Assembly (NCBI GenBank): GCA_964583325.1
Contig: CAZOXJ010000004.1
Coordinates: forward strand, 10,898-53,467
DNA: 42,570 nucleotides
Source: an uncultured Lentimicrobiaceae bacterium
Lineage (GTDB): Bacteria > Bacteroidota > Bacteroidia > Bacteroidales > UBA4417
Reading direction: 5' to 3'
The position numbers and the translations under genes were made by a program. The notes beneath the pieces were generated by a model. That model searched no databases. It had not been told where the DNA came from and worked only from the letters and a program-made list of their open reading frames with translations. Below are positions 17,923-26,974 of this stretch, one piece after another; position 1 is the stretch's first letter, and each line of letters begins with the position of its first letter.

Positions 17923-18738
17923 CTAAAATGAGATATCATACTCTCTCAATGCTTCGTTCAGAGAAGTTTTCAGATCGGTTGAAGGTTTTCTTTGTCCGAT
18001 GATCAACGCACAGCTTACCTGGAATTCACCAGCCGGGTATTGCCTGGTATATGAGCCGGGAATTACCACCGATCGGGGAGGTACATATCCTTTATATTCA
18101 ACAGGTTCGCTTCCGGTTACATCAATTATGCGGGTACTTTGTGTAATAACCACATTGGCACCCAGCACAGCTTCGGTACCGATACGTGCTCCTTCGACCA
18201 CAATACACCTTGACCCTATAAAGCAGTTATCTTCGATAATTACCGGTGCAGCCTGCACAGGTTCAAGCACTCCGCCAATTCCTACACCACCGCTCAGGTG
18301 AACGTTTGATCCTATTTGTGCGCAACTTCCTACGGTAGCCCATGTGTCGACCATAGTTCCGGCACCTACCCATGCTCCAATGTTTACATAGGATGGCATC
18401 ATAATTACTCCGGGCGATAAATAAGCACCATAACGGGCAACAGCATGAGGCACTACACGCACGCCAAGCTCCTTGTAGTTGTGTTTTAAAGGGATTTTAT
18501 CATGAAATTCGAGAGGACCGGCTTCCATGACTTCCATTTGTCGCAAAGGGAAGTACATGATTACTGCTTTTTTAATCCATTCATTAACTTTCCACTCGTT
18601 GCCGGCCGGTTCTGCTACTCTCAGTTTTCCCTTATCGAGCAGTTCAATAATCTGAAATACAACGTTTTTTGTTTCTTCATTATTTAACAGGGAACGATCG
18701 GTCCAGGCTTTTTCTATGATTGATTTTAATTCATCCAT
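17923..18738 (-). CDS. dapD: 2,3,4,5-tetrahydropyridine-2,6-dicarboxylate N-succinyltransferase
   Basis: Motifs WIKKAV, DKIPLK, RVVP, MPSYVNIGA, DTWATVGSCAQIG and HLSGGVGIGGVLEP. Confidence 0.96.
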   Translation of the reverse strand: MDELKSIIEKAWTDRSLLNNEETKNVVFQIIELLDKGKLRVAEPAGNEWKVNEWIKKAVIMYFPLRQMEVMEAGPLEFHDKIPLKHNYKELGVRVVPHAVARYGAYLSPGVIMMPSYVNIGAWVGAGTMVDTWATVGSCAQIGSNVHLSGGVGIGGVLEPVQAAPVIIEDNCFIGSRCIVVEGARIGTEAVLGANVVITQSTRIIDVTGSEPVEYKGYVPPRSVVIPGSYTRQYPAGEFQVSCALIIGQRKPSTDLKTSLNEALREYDISF

Positions 18739-18757
18739 GCTTATTGATTTTCAATCT

Positions 18758-18868
18758 CAAAATTAGAACTTTTAAACAGAACATTGCCGGCTAAGTTGTT
18801 AATTCTCCCTAAAACAATAGAAATGCCTGAATTCAGGACGTTTTCAAAACTAATTCTTCGTAATTTTG
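18758..18868. promoter_or_regulatory. Divergent promoter pair dapD / ruvX
   Basis: TAATTTTG on the minus strand (18758-18765) and on the plus strand (18861-18868). Confidence 0.55.
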
Positions 18869-18883
18869 CCGCAAAAATCGGAA

Positions 18884-19306
18884 TTGGGACGAATACTGGC
18901 AATTGATTACGGACAGAAAAGGGTAGGGCTTGCCGTTACTGACGAACTCAGGATGATAGCAACTGCACTTGCATCAGTTCATTCAAAAGATGTGATACCT
19001 TTTCTTAAGGATTATGTTTCACACGAAAATGTTGATTGTTTTGTAGTTGGTTATCCGCTTACATTGCAAAATCAGCTTTCGGAATCAGCCAGGTTTACCG
19101 AACCGTTTGTAAAAAATCTGCAAAGGACCTTTCCATCAATTCCTGTTGAGCGCATTGACGAGCGTTTTACATCAAAAATGGCAACAGCCGCCATTCTCGA
19201 ATCCGGTGCAAGAAAGAAGGTCCGGCAAAATAAAGCCTTGGTCGATAAAGTAAGTGCGGTGATAATTCTGCAATCGTTCCTCGAAATGAAAGACATGAAA
19301 CGATGA
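18884..19306 (+). CDS. ruvX: YqgF/RuvX family nuclease (pre-16S rRNA processing / putative resolvase)
   Basis: Motifs RILAIDYGQKRVGLA, VVGYP, DERFTS and DKVSAVIILQSFL. TTG 18884 is preferred because the track start at 18866 overlaps the -7 box. Confidence 0.93.
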   Translation: MGRILAIDYGQKRVGLAVTDELRMIATALASVHSKDVIPFLKDYVSHENVDCFVVGYPLTLQNQLSESARFTEPFVKNLQRTFPSIPVERIDERFTSKMATAAILESGARKKVRQNKALVDKVSAVIILQSFLEMKDMKR

Positions 19307-19414
19307 ACCAAATCATTGAATTTGTGTTTGTTTAACGATAATACAATTCAGATTCCTCGAGCTAGGTTGATCTGAAACCCCGGAACTAAAAATAAACGAT
19401 TACCTTGTAAAAAT

Positions 19415-19978
19415 ATGATTCTCTCAGTAGTAGCTTTCGGACACCCTAATTTACGCAAAAAGTGCGTCGAAATAAGTCCTGATTATCCTGGCCTGCAGCA
19501 ATTGATAACCGATATGTGGGAAACCATGTATTTTTCGGTTGGTGTTGGCTTAGCCGCTCCCCAGATTAATAAGCAGATCCGTCTTTTCGTTATTGATGCA
19601 ACACCTTATTCAGAAGAAAAACCTGAAACAAAAGATTTTAAAAAAGTCTTTATTAATCCTGTGATTGTTGAAGAAAGAGGCGAAGAGTGGGCTTTTAACG
19701 AAGGTTGCCTCAGCATTCCTGATATTCACGAAGATGTTATACGTCATGCAGATGTAAGGATAACTTATTTTGATGAACAGTTTGTGGCTCACGACGAATG
19801 GTTTTCGGGAATACTGGCCCGCATTATTCAACATGAATATGATCATCTCGAAGGTGTGCTTTTTGTTGATAAAATACATCCGCTTCGTAAAATAATGGTC
19901 AAGCGCAAGCTGCAGGATATTTCGAAAGGCATAACTGATGCTAAATACAAAATGATTTTCCCTCCCAAAAAACACTGA
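19415..19978 (+). CDS. def: Peptide deformylase
   Basis: Motifs GVGLAAPQ, EGCLS and QHEYDHLEG. Confidence 0.97.
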   Translation: MILSVVAFGHPNLRKKCVEISPDYPGLQQLITDMWETMYFSVGVGLAAPQINKQIRLFVIDATPYSEEKPETKDFKKVFINPVIVEERGEEWAFNEGCLSIPDIHEDVIRHADVRITYFDEQFVAHDEWFSGILARIIQHEYDHLEGVLFVDKIHPLRKIMVKRKLQDISKGITDAKYKMIFPPKKH

Positions 19979-20015
19979 TAATTAAACTCTTATACTAATT
20001 AATATTTTTAAAGCC

Positions 20016-20549
20016 ATGAATAAAGGTTTGGTCTTGCTCACTTTTGTATCAGTTCTGTTTTTTTATTCCTGTTCGCCTTCGCGGGAAAAAATGTTAAGTG
20101 AGATTTCGAAGATGGAGATAACCATGAAAGATTCTCCAAAAGTAGATACCGTTGCCGTTACCGAATTAATAAGCGCTTACCAGAATTTTGCTTCAAAATA
20201 TCCTGATGACAGCCTTGCTCCCGAGAACCTTTATAAATCCGCTGGCCTCGCCGTTGGCTTCGGACGCGGAGTACAGGCAGTTGAACTATACGAAACCATT
20301 ATTACTAAATACCCGGAATACAATAAAGTGGCTGAATGCTATTTTATGGAAGCTTTTACTTACGAAAATGTAATCGGAAACATTGGGAAAGCCAGCGAGT
20401 ATTACAATAAATTCCTATATAAATTTCCCAACCACGATTTAGCCGATGATGCAAAGGCTGCAATAAAGTTTCTTGGAAAATCGCCGGAAGAAATGGTTCG
20501 CGAATTCGAACAAATGAATGCCGATTCGGCTGCTAATGCGGTAAATTGA
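20016..20549 (+). CDS. TPR-repeat lipoprotein (BamD/CpoB-like TPRs)
   Basis: Lipobox-like FFYS|C. Three helical repeats ending KYPD, KYPE and KFPN. Confidence 0.8.
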   Translation: MNKGLVLLTFVSVLFFYSCSPSREKMLSEISKMEITMKDSPKVDTVAVTELISAYQNFASKYPDDSLAPENLYKSAGLAVGFGRGVQAVELYETIITKYPEYNKVAECYFMEAFTYENVIGNIGKASEYYNKFLYKFPNHDLADDAKAAIKFLGKSPEEMVREFEQMNADSAANAVN

Positions 20550-20609
20550 TGACTTGATTTTTTTATTCTGATTCAGTTAAGTGCTGAATGCCGGGAACAT
20601 GTATAAAGT

Positions 20610-21410
20610 CTATTTCTGATTCGAAAAATCCTCGGTCAGCGCTGTTTTTAATCCGGAAGCTTTAATATCGAGCATAAGAACGCCATTTCTGCAGTATGAA
20701 ATCCGCCCGGTTTGTTCCGAAACTATTATGGCGATTGAATCGTTTTTCTCTGTAATTCCAATTGCAGCGCGATGCCGCAGGCCCAGTTCAGCAGGCATAT
20801 CGGTTTTATCTGAAACAGGAAGAATACATCTTGCAGCCCTTATTTTATTATCACTGATAATAACAGCTCCGTCGTGAAGGGGGTTATTCTTGTAAAAAAT
20901 ACTTTCGATAAGCTGACCTGAAATAAGCGCATCCACGGCCAACCCGGTATCTTTAAATTCAGAAAGGTCATTCTTACGTCCTATCACAATAAGTGCTCCG
21001 GTTAGCGAATGCGACATGCGGTGACATGCTTGCACAATAGGGTCAATATCAGCAAGATTGCTGTCGTCGAAATGCAGTTTTGAGAATATCGACATGAACT
21101 TATTCCTTGTGACAAAACCGGGAGACCCGATGGCAAGCAGAAATTTCCGTATTTCGGGCTGAAAAACTACGATAAAAGCAATAAAACCTACCGATGTAAA
21201 TGCTCCGAGCAGATCTGACAAAAGATCCATCTGCAATGCCTTTACTACCCGCCATATTACGAAAATAGCCAAGATGCCAAGGAAAATATTAACTGCTGCT
21301 GTCCCTTTTAAAAGTTGATAAAGGGAGAACAGCAAAAAAGCTACCAGCACGACATCGATAACATCGAGTATCCTGATACTCAAAAATAGCGGAATAAAGG
21401 AAGTGATCAT
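20610..21410 (-). CDS. cdaA: Membrane diadenylate cyclase (CdaA/DacA)
   Basis: Three N-terminal TM segments, VFQPEIRKFL, and catalytic PLHDGA and GLRHRAA. Confidence 0.93.
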   Translation of the reverse strand: MITSFIPLFLSIRILDVIDVVLVAFLLFSLYQLLKGTAAVNIFLGILAIFVIWRVVKALQMDLLSDLLGAFTSVGFIAFIVVFQPEIRKFLLAIGSPGFVTRNKFMSIFSKLHFDDSNLADIDPIVQACHRMSHSLTGALIVIGRKNDLSEFKDTGLAVDALISGQLIESIFYKNNPLHDGAVIISDNKIRAARCILPVSDKTDMPAELGLRHRAAIGITEKNDSIAIIVSEQTGRISYCRNGVLMLDIKASGLKTALTEDFSNQK

Positions 21411-21442
21411 GTATGTGTAATTGTAGGATGCAAATATACTTA

Positions 21443-22315
21443 TTACCTTGCCTTGATGTATGTTTCGGCAAGTTTTATTACCTGAACAGCTTCTTTAACA
21501 TCGTGAACACGCAGAATATCAGCTCCGTTCAGTACTGCTAGCATATGCAATGCTGATGTTCCGGGTAAAGCTTCCTGCGGATTGATTTGCAGTAATTTAT
21601 AAATCATCGATTTACGCGACAGGCCAACCAAAAGAGGGAAACCTTTCTTTTTAAATTCATTTAAATGGCTTAGTAAGCTGTAATTATGCTCAACTGATTT
21701 TCCGAAACCGAAACCGGGATCAAGTATCACCTGTTTAATGCCGGCGCTTTCCAGTTGTTTCAGTTTTTGATCAAAAAAAGTATTTACTTCATTGCTTACA
21801 TTATCATAAATCGGGTCTAGCTGCATGTCAGCCGGCGTTCCCTTCATGTGCATCAATATATAAGGAAGCCCGGAAGCTAACACCGCATCCATAAGGTACT
21901 GATCCATATTTCCTCCCGAAATATCGTTGATAATCCCGATCCCTGCTTCTGCAGCAAGTTTAACAACTTTTGAACGGTAAGTGTCAACTGAAAAAACAGT
22001 TTCAGGATATCGGTAAGTAAGTGTTTCAATAACAGGTAAAAGGCGCGAAATCTCATCATCTTCGCTTACTCCCGCAGCACCTGGTCGGGTTGATACAGCC
22101 CCGATATCTATAATAGATGCACCTTCGCCGATCATTTTTTCCGTTTGCGAAATCCAGCCATCGGCATTATTATATTTTCCCCCGTCGTAAAACGAATCGG
22201 GAGTTAAATTTAATATGCCCATAACCAGTGGTTTATCAATTATCAGCACATTCTTACCACAGCGCAGAGAAATATTTCCGGAAAAAGGTGTAATTTTATC
22301 ACTCCAAAAAATCAT
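21443..22315 (-). CDS. folP: Dihydropteroate synthase
   Basis: Motifs MGILNLTPDSFYDGG, STRPGA, DPGFGFGK, SRKS and LRVHDV. The start is placed at ATG 22315 because the track start at 22378 overlaps the divergent gene and a -7 box (TAACTTTG, minus strand, 22339-22346). Confidence 0.95.
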   Translation of the reverse strand: MIFWSDKITPFSGNISLRCGKNVLIIDKPLVMGILNLTPDSFYDGGKYNNADGWISQTEKMIGEGASIIDIGAVSTRPGAAGVSEDDEISRLLPVIETLTYRYPETVFSVDTYRSKVVKLAAEAGIGIINDISGGNMDQYLMDAVLASGLPYILMHMKGTPADMQLDPIYDNVSNEVNTFFDQKLKQLESAGIKQVILDPGFGFGKSVEHNYSLLSHLNEFKKKGFPLLVGLSRKSMIYKLLQINPQEALPGTSALHMLAVLNGADILRVHDVKEAVQVIKLAETYIKAR

Positions 22316-22354
22316 GTTTTCTTCATTGAAATCGGCTACAAAGTTATTGATAAT

Positions 22355-22903
22355 ATGCCTGATAAAACTTTTCAACAATACGATAAAGCATTAAAAGCCT
22401 GCCGTAACGTGTTTATGGCAAAAATGCACGATTACGGCACAGCATGGCGAATACTGCGGACTACATCCATTACCGACCAGATTTATATCAAAGCCAGCAG
22501 GATACGCAGTATCGAGGAAAAAGGCGAAAGCAAAGTTGATGAAGGTGTAAAACCTGAATTTATCGGTATGATAAACTATTCGGTGATGGCGCTTATTCAA
22601 CTCGAAATGGGTTCAGTAGAGGAGCCTCATATGGACGAAACAGTTGTTGGCGCTAAATACGATTCCTTCGTAGCCACAGCACGTAACCTGATGGCTGATA
22701 AAAATCATGATTATGGAGAAGCCTGGAGGCAAATGAGGATCAGTTCGCTTACTGATATTATTTTGATGAAATTGCTGCGCATCAAGCAGATAGAGGATAA
22801 TAACGGATTAACAATAATGTCCGAAGGTCTTGATGCCAATTACCTTGATATAATAAATTACTCAGCTTTTGCGCTGATTATGTTGGATGAACAAAACCAG
22901 TAA
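22355..22903 (+). CDS. DUF1599 domain protein (two tandem domains)
   Basis: Internal duplication: KMHDYGTAWR...SITDQIYIKASRI and KNHDYGEAWR...SLTDIILMKLLRI, each followed by INYS. Confidence 0.85.
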   Translation: MPDKTFQQYDKALKACRNVFMAKMHDYGTAWRILRTTSITDQIYIKASRIRSIEEKGESKVDEGVKPEFIGMINYSVMALIQLEMGSVEEPHMDETVVGAKYDSFVATARNLMADKNHDYGEAWRQMRISSLTDIILMKLLRIKQIEDNNGLTIMSEGLDANYLDIINYSAFALIMLDEQNQ

Positions 22904-22906
22904 ACT

Positions 22907-24013
22907 ATGAAATGGATTGCCAATTTCAGCAGAATTCTGACAGGACTTGTATTTGTTTTTTCAGGTTTTGTAAAGGGCGTCGACCCGCTCGGAACTGCGT
23001 ACAGACTCGAAGATTACTTTATTGCATTTCATTGGGATGTTTTTATTCCTTATGCTTTGTTTTTCTCAATTTTGCTTTGCACCATCGAATTTGTAGTTGG
23101 AGCAATGCTGCTGTTTAACCTGAAGATGAAATTCACTTCCTGGATTTTATTGATTATGATGGTGTATTTTACCGGACTGACGCTAAACGATGCAATTTAT
23201 AACCCGGTGCCCGACTGCGGATGTTTCGGCGACTTTATTAAACTTACCAATTGGCAGACATTTTACAAAAACCTGGTATTGTTGCCCATGGCAATCGCTA
23301 TTTTCGTTTACAGGAAGAAATTTAAACCATTTGCAGGAACCGGAATACAATGGGGTATGGCAGTTTTTTTTACAGTTCTGTTTGCCGGATTTTCTTTTTA
23401 TTGTTACTCTCATTTACCCATTCTCGATTTCACCGAATGGAAAACCGGGAACAAATTATACCCCGAAAACCCGAAACCGGTTAATTATTTTCTTTCGTAC
23501 AAGAATAAAAAATCAGGCGAAATCAAGGAATATCTGTCTCCAAACTATCCCTTTAACGACAGCATTTGGATGTCGGAATGGGAATTTGATTCGCAGCGGG
23601 TTGAAGATCCTAATGTGTACTACGGGAAGTCGCTCATTATTATGGACACCCTTGGTAACAATGCTACCGAGAGTATAATCAGAAATCCCGGGTATCAGTT
23701 GATTGTAAATTCTTATGATCTAATGTTAACTAATAAGGAGGCTTTTACAAAACTGAACGTGTTCGCTGCAAAAGCATATGCTGATAATATTTCAACAGCA
23801 GTATTAGTTTCGAATCAACCTTCAGACATAGAGCGTTTTGCGAAAGAAAATAACCTGCAACTCGATTTCTACACAGCTGATGATATTGTGCTGAAATCCA
23901 TTGTAAGGTCAAACCCGGGATTGCTTTTAATGAAAGATGGTGTTATCCTCAAAAAATGGCATCATAATGATTTCCCTGATTACGAGGAGTTTAAAGTATT
24001 TATCAGCAAGTAA
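22907..24013 (+). CDS. DoxX/MauE-like membrane protein (BT_3928 family)
   Basis: SGFVKGVDPLG, about 5 TM segments, DCGCFGD, and a C-terminal soluble domain ending IVRSNPG...KKWH. Confidence 0.85.
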   Translation: MKWIANFSRILTGLVFVFSGFVKGVDPLGTAYRLEDYFIAFHWDVFIPYALFFSILLCTIEFVVGAMLLFNLKMKFTSWILLIMMVYFTGLTLNDAIYNPVPDCGCFGDFIKLTNWQTFYKNLVLLPMAIAIFVYRKKFKPFAGTGIQWGMAVFFTVLFAGFSFYCYSHLPILDFTEWKTGNKLYPENPKPVNYFLSYKNKKSGEIKEYLSPNYPFNDSIWMSEWEFDSQRVEDPNVYYGKSLIIMDTLGNNATESIIRNPGYQLIVNSYDLMLTNKEAFTKLNVFAAKAYADNISTAVLVSNQPSDIERFAKENNLQLDFYTADDIVLKSIVRSNPGLLLMKDGVILKKWHHNDFPDYEEFKVFISK

Positions 24014-24061
24014 TAAACCGGCAATTCGACCAATACTTCATTATGGCAGCTTAAATTCTGA

Positions 24062-24137
24062 CAATCTTCAATCCCCTCAATCCCCTCAATCCCTTCAATC
24101 TCTTCAATCCCTTCAACCCCTGAACCCTTCAAACTTT
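24062..24137. repeat. 9-mer tandem array CAATCYCYT x5 with degenerate 7-8-mer flanks
   Basis: caatctt CAATCCCCT CAATCCCCT CAATCCCTT CAATCTCTT CAATCCCTT caacccct gaaccctt caaacttt. Confidence 0.9.
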
Positions 24138-24147
24138 TAAATAAAAA

Positions 24148-25227
24148 ATGCTCCGTTACACCCTTATTCGGCTTATGTATGGAATACTGGTACTATTTGG
24201 AGTAGTTACTCTCATATTTTTCCTGTTTAATGTACTCCCCGGCGATCCGGCCCGCATGATGCTGGGGCAGAGGGCTGATATTACTTCAGTTGATGCTATA
24301 AACCGCGATCTTGGCAGAGATAAACCCATAGGTGTTCAATACCTTAGCTTTTTGAATGATGTGTCGCCGCTTTCGGTTCATACAATTCAAAATAAAACAA
24401 GTGCATTTTATTTTGATACAGAAAGGTATTCTTCGTCAATAAAGATTCTGACTATTGGTAACTCAACCATTGTGGTTAAAAAACCATATTTAAGAAGATC
24501 TTATCAAAGCAAACGTCCGGTTTCGGAAATACTTTCTGAAGCATTTATTCCTACCATGGTTCTTGCAACTGTTGCTATGGTTGTTGCTTCCCTCATCGGG
24601 TTAGTGTTTGGTATTTTAAGTGCCCTCAATAAAGATGGCTGGTTCGATCGTGTTTCGCTCATTGTGAGTATTTTAGGAATGTCGTTACCATCATTTTTTG
24701 CAGCTATTCTTATTGCCTGGTTATTTGCTTATGTGCTGGCCGACTACACAGGATTGAGTATGTTCGGCAGTCTTTACACAATTGATGATTTCGGTCGGGG
24801 AGAATACATTGATTATAAAAATCTGATCCTCCCGGCTGCAACTTTGGCTATCAGGCCTTTGGCGATTATCACTGAGCTTACACGCAGTTCGATGCTTGAT
24901 GTAATGTCGCAGGACTATATCCGCACTGCAAAGGCAAAAGGCCTGAGTGTGTATAAAATAATTACGCGTCATGCGCTCAAAAATGCTCTGAATCCTGTTG
25001 TTACAGCTGTTTCAGGTTGGTTTGCCTCGCTCATGGCCGGAGCTGTTTTTGTCGAATATATATTCGATTGGAAAGGGGTAGGGGTTGTTATCGTTGATGC
25101 TCTCGAAAAATATGATTTCCCGGTAGTAATGGGTGCGGTATTGTTTATATCCGTTTTACTCATTATTATTAATATTTTTGCAGATCTTATCTATGGTATC
25201 CTTGATCCGCGGATCCGTTACTCTTAA
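24148..25227 (+). CDS. ABC transporter permease, DppB/OppB family
   Basis: Motifs LPGDPA, MSLPSF, LILPA, RSSMLDVMSQDYIRTAKAKGL, HALKNA and DPRIRY. Confidence 0.92.
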   Translation: MLRYTLIRLMYGILVLFGVVTLIFFLFNVLPGDPARMMLGQRADITSVDAINRDLGRDKPIGVQYLSFLNDVSPLSVHTIQNKTSAFYFDTERYSSSIKILTIGNSTIVVKKPYLRRSYQSKRPVSEILSEAFIPTMVLATVAMVVASLIGLVFGILSALNKDGWFDRVSLIVSILGMSLPSFFAAILIAWLFAYVLADYTGLSMFGSLYTIDDFGRGEYIDYKNLILPAATLAIRPLAIITELTRSSMLDVMSQDYIRTAKAKGLSVYKIITRHALKNALNPVVTAVSGWFASLMAGAVFVEYIFDWKGVGVVIVDALEKYDFPVVMGAVLFISVLLIIINIFADLIYGILDPRIRYS

Positions 25228-25266
25228 AGAAAAAAAATCACATATAAATTTTAATAAATAAAAGCC

Positions 25267-26028
25267 ATGAGAAAAAAAATTGTAGCCGGAAACTGGAAAA
25301 TGAATAAGAATTTTCAGGATGCAGAAGACCTGATGTTCGAAATTGTTGACGAACTCACCGAAAAAGGTTCCGGTGACACCGAAGTAATTATTTGTCCGCC
25401 AGCTGTTTATCTTGAAATGAGTTCAGATATTGCCGCAGAAAACGGCTTTATGATTGGTGCCCAGAATTTCAGTCAATGGGAATCAGGTGCTTATACCGGT
25501 GAGATTTCCGCTGCTATGCTTCATTCAATGGGCATTTCACATGCCATTCTTGGTCATTCCGAGCGAAGGACCTATTTTGGAGAAACCGACAAAATTATTG
25601 CGTTAAAAGTTGATCTGGCCTTAAAAAACGGCATGACTCCCATTTATTGCTGCGGTGAAGTTCTTGCTGAACGTCAGGCTGAAAAACATTTTGATGTAGT
25701 CCGCAATCAGGTTAGCGAAGCCTTGTTTCACCTTGGAAAAGAAGCTGTAAGCCAGGTAATTATTGCATATGAACCCGTATGGGCAATTGGAACCGGCGTT
25801 ACTGCATCCTCTGCACAGGCACAGGAAATGCATGCTTTTATACGAAGCCTTCTGGCAGATAAATATGGAGATGATGTCAGCCAGGAAATTTCAATACTCT
25901 ATGGAGGCAGTTGCAATGCACAAAATGCAGCAGAGTTATTCGCCAATACTGATGTTGATGGTGGGTTAATAGGTGGAGCATCACTCAAAGCAGCTGATTT
26001 TGTTGCTATTGTGAACTCATTCAGTTAA
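25267..26028 (+). CDS. tpiA: Triosephosphate isomerase
   Basis: Motifs AGNWKMN, GHSERR, AYEPVWAIGTG, YGGS and DGGLIGGASL. Confidence 0.98.
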   Translation: MRKKIVAGNWKMNKNFQDAEDLMFEIVDELTEKGSGDTEVIICPPAVYLEMSSDIAAENGFMIGAQNFSQWESGAYTGEISAAMLHSMGISHAILGHSERRTYFGETDKIIALKVDLALKNGMTPIYCCGEVLAERQAEKHFDVVRNQVSEALFHLGKEAVSQVIIAYEPVWAIGTGVTASSAQAQEMHAFIRSLLADKYGDDVSQEISILYGGSCNAQNAAELFANTDVDGGLIGGASLKAADFVAIVNSFS

Positions 26029-26029
26029 T

Positions 26030-26863
26030 ATGGAGTACATCGAAATGATATGCCATCCGTCGCAGGGTGCGCATACGGCTGAACTGCTGATGGCTATGCT
26101 TGCCGATATCGGCTTCGAAAGTTTTACCGAAAACGAAAATGGTACACTGTCGGCTTTTATCCAGGCTCCGTTGTATACTCCTGAATTATCGGCAAGGTTA
26201 AGTTCCGACGAATTTGTTGAATTTCTTGATTCATTTAAAATCGACCGGATAGCCGATCAGAATTGGAATGCCGTTTGGGAAAGCCAATATGAATCTGTTT
26301 TAATTGATGGTTGTTGTATGGTTCGGGCTCCTTTCCATCAACCTCAGTCGGGTGTTGAGTTTGATATAGTTATCATGCCCAAAATGTCGTTCGGCACTGC
26401 ACATCACGAGACTACTAAACTCATGATACAATATCTGCTCAGCTTGCAACTCACCGGAAAATCATTGCTCGACATGGGTTCGGGAACCGCTGTACTGGCT
26501 ATTCTGGCCCGTATGAAAGGCGCCGCACCTGTTACCGCTATCGATAATGATGAATGGGCATTTAATAATGCATTGGAGAACGTGCAAAGCAATAATTTTG
26601 GAGATATCGAAGTTTTACTTGGTGACAGTTCATCGTTACCAGGTAGAAAATACGACATTATCCTGGCCAATATTAACCGCAATATTCTGCTGGCAGATAT
26701 CCCAAAGTATCGCGAAAGTCTGACTGACGGAGGAAAACTATTTGTGAGCGGTTTCTACCTCGAAGATTTACCGCTGATTGAAGCCAAGGCAAATGAAGTT
26801 GGTCTCAGTATGATGTCGAACAGGGTTGAAAACAACTGGACTTCTGCTTGTTTTACTCTCTGA
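26030..26863 (+). CDS. prmA: Ribosomal protein L11 methyltransferase
   Basis: Motifs NWNAVWE, PKMSFGTAHHETT, LDMGSGTAVLAI and LANINRN. Confidence 0.94.
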   Translation: MEYIEMICHPSQGAHTAELLMAMLADIGFESFTENENGTLSAFIQAPLYTPELSARLSSDEFVEFLDSFKIDRIADQNWNAVWESQYESVLIDGCCMVRAPFHQPQSGVEFDIVIMPKMSFGTAHHETTKLMIQYLLSLQLTGKSLLDMGSGTAVLAILARMKGAAPVTAIDNDEWAFNNALENVQSNNFGDIEVLLGDSSSLPGRKYDIILANINRNILLADIPKYRESLTDGGKLFVSGFYLEDLPLIEAKANEVGLSMMSNRVENNWTSACFTL

Positions 26864-26974
26864 AACAGGTTTTGAAACGTCTCCTTGTAATGAGTACTTC
26901 TGAAGTAATTAGATCACAATAAATTCTGATTCTGGATTTGCGTTTGGAATCAGGTATTTTTAAACCAATAAAAA

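Noticed and set aside
20610-21410. Cyclic-nucleotide (CBASS-like) defence cyclase
   Set aside because: It is a DAC-domain CdaA with 3 TM segments next to folP, not a CD-NTase, and has no effector gene.
23937-24140. 67-aa ORF with QSPQSLQSL repeats
   Set aside because: It is simply the translation of the 9-mer DNA array, overlaps the DoxX gene end and lacks other coding evidence.
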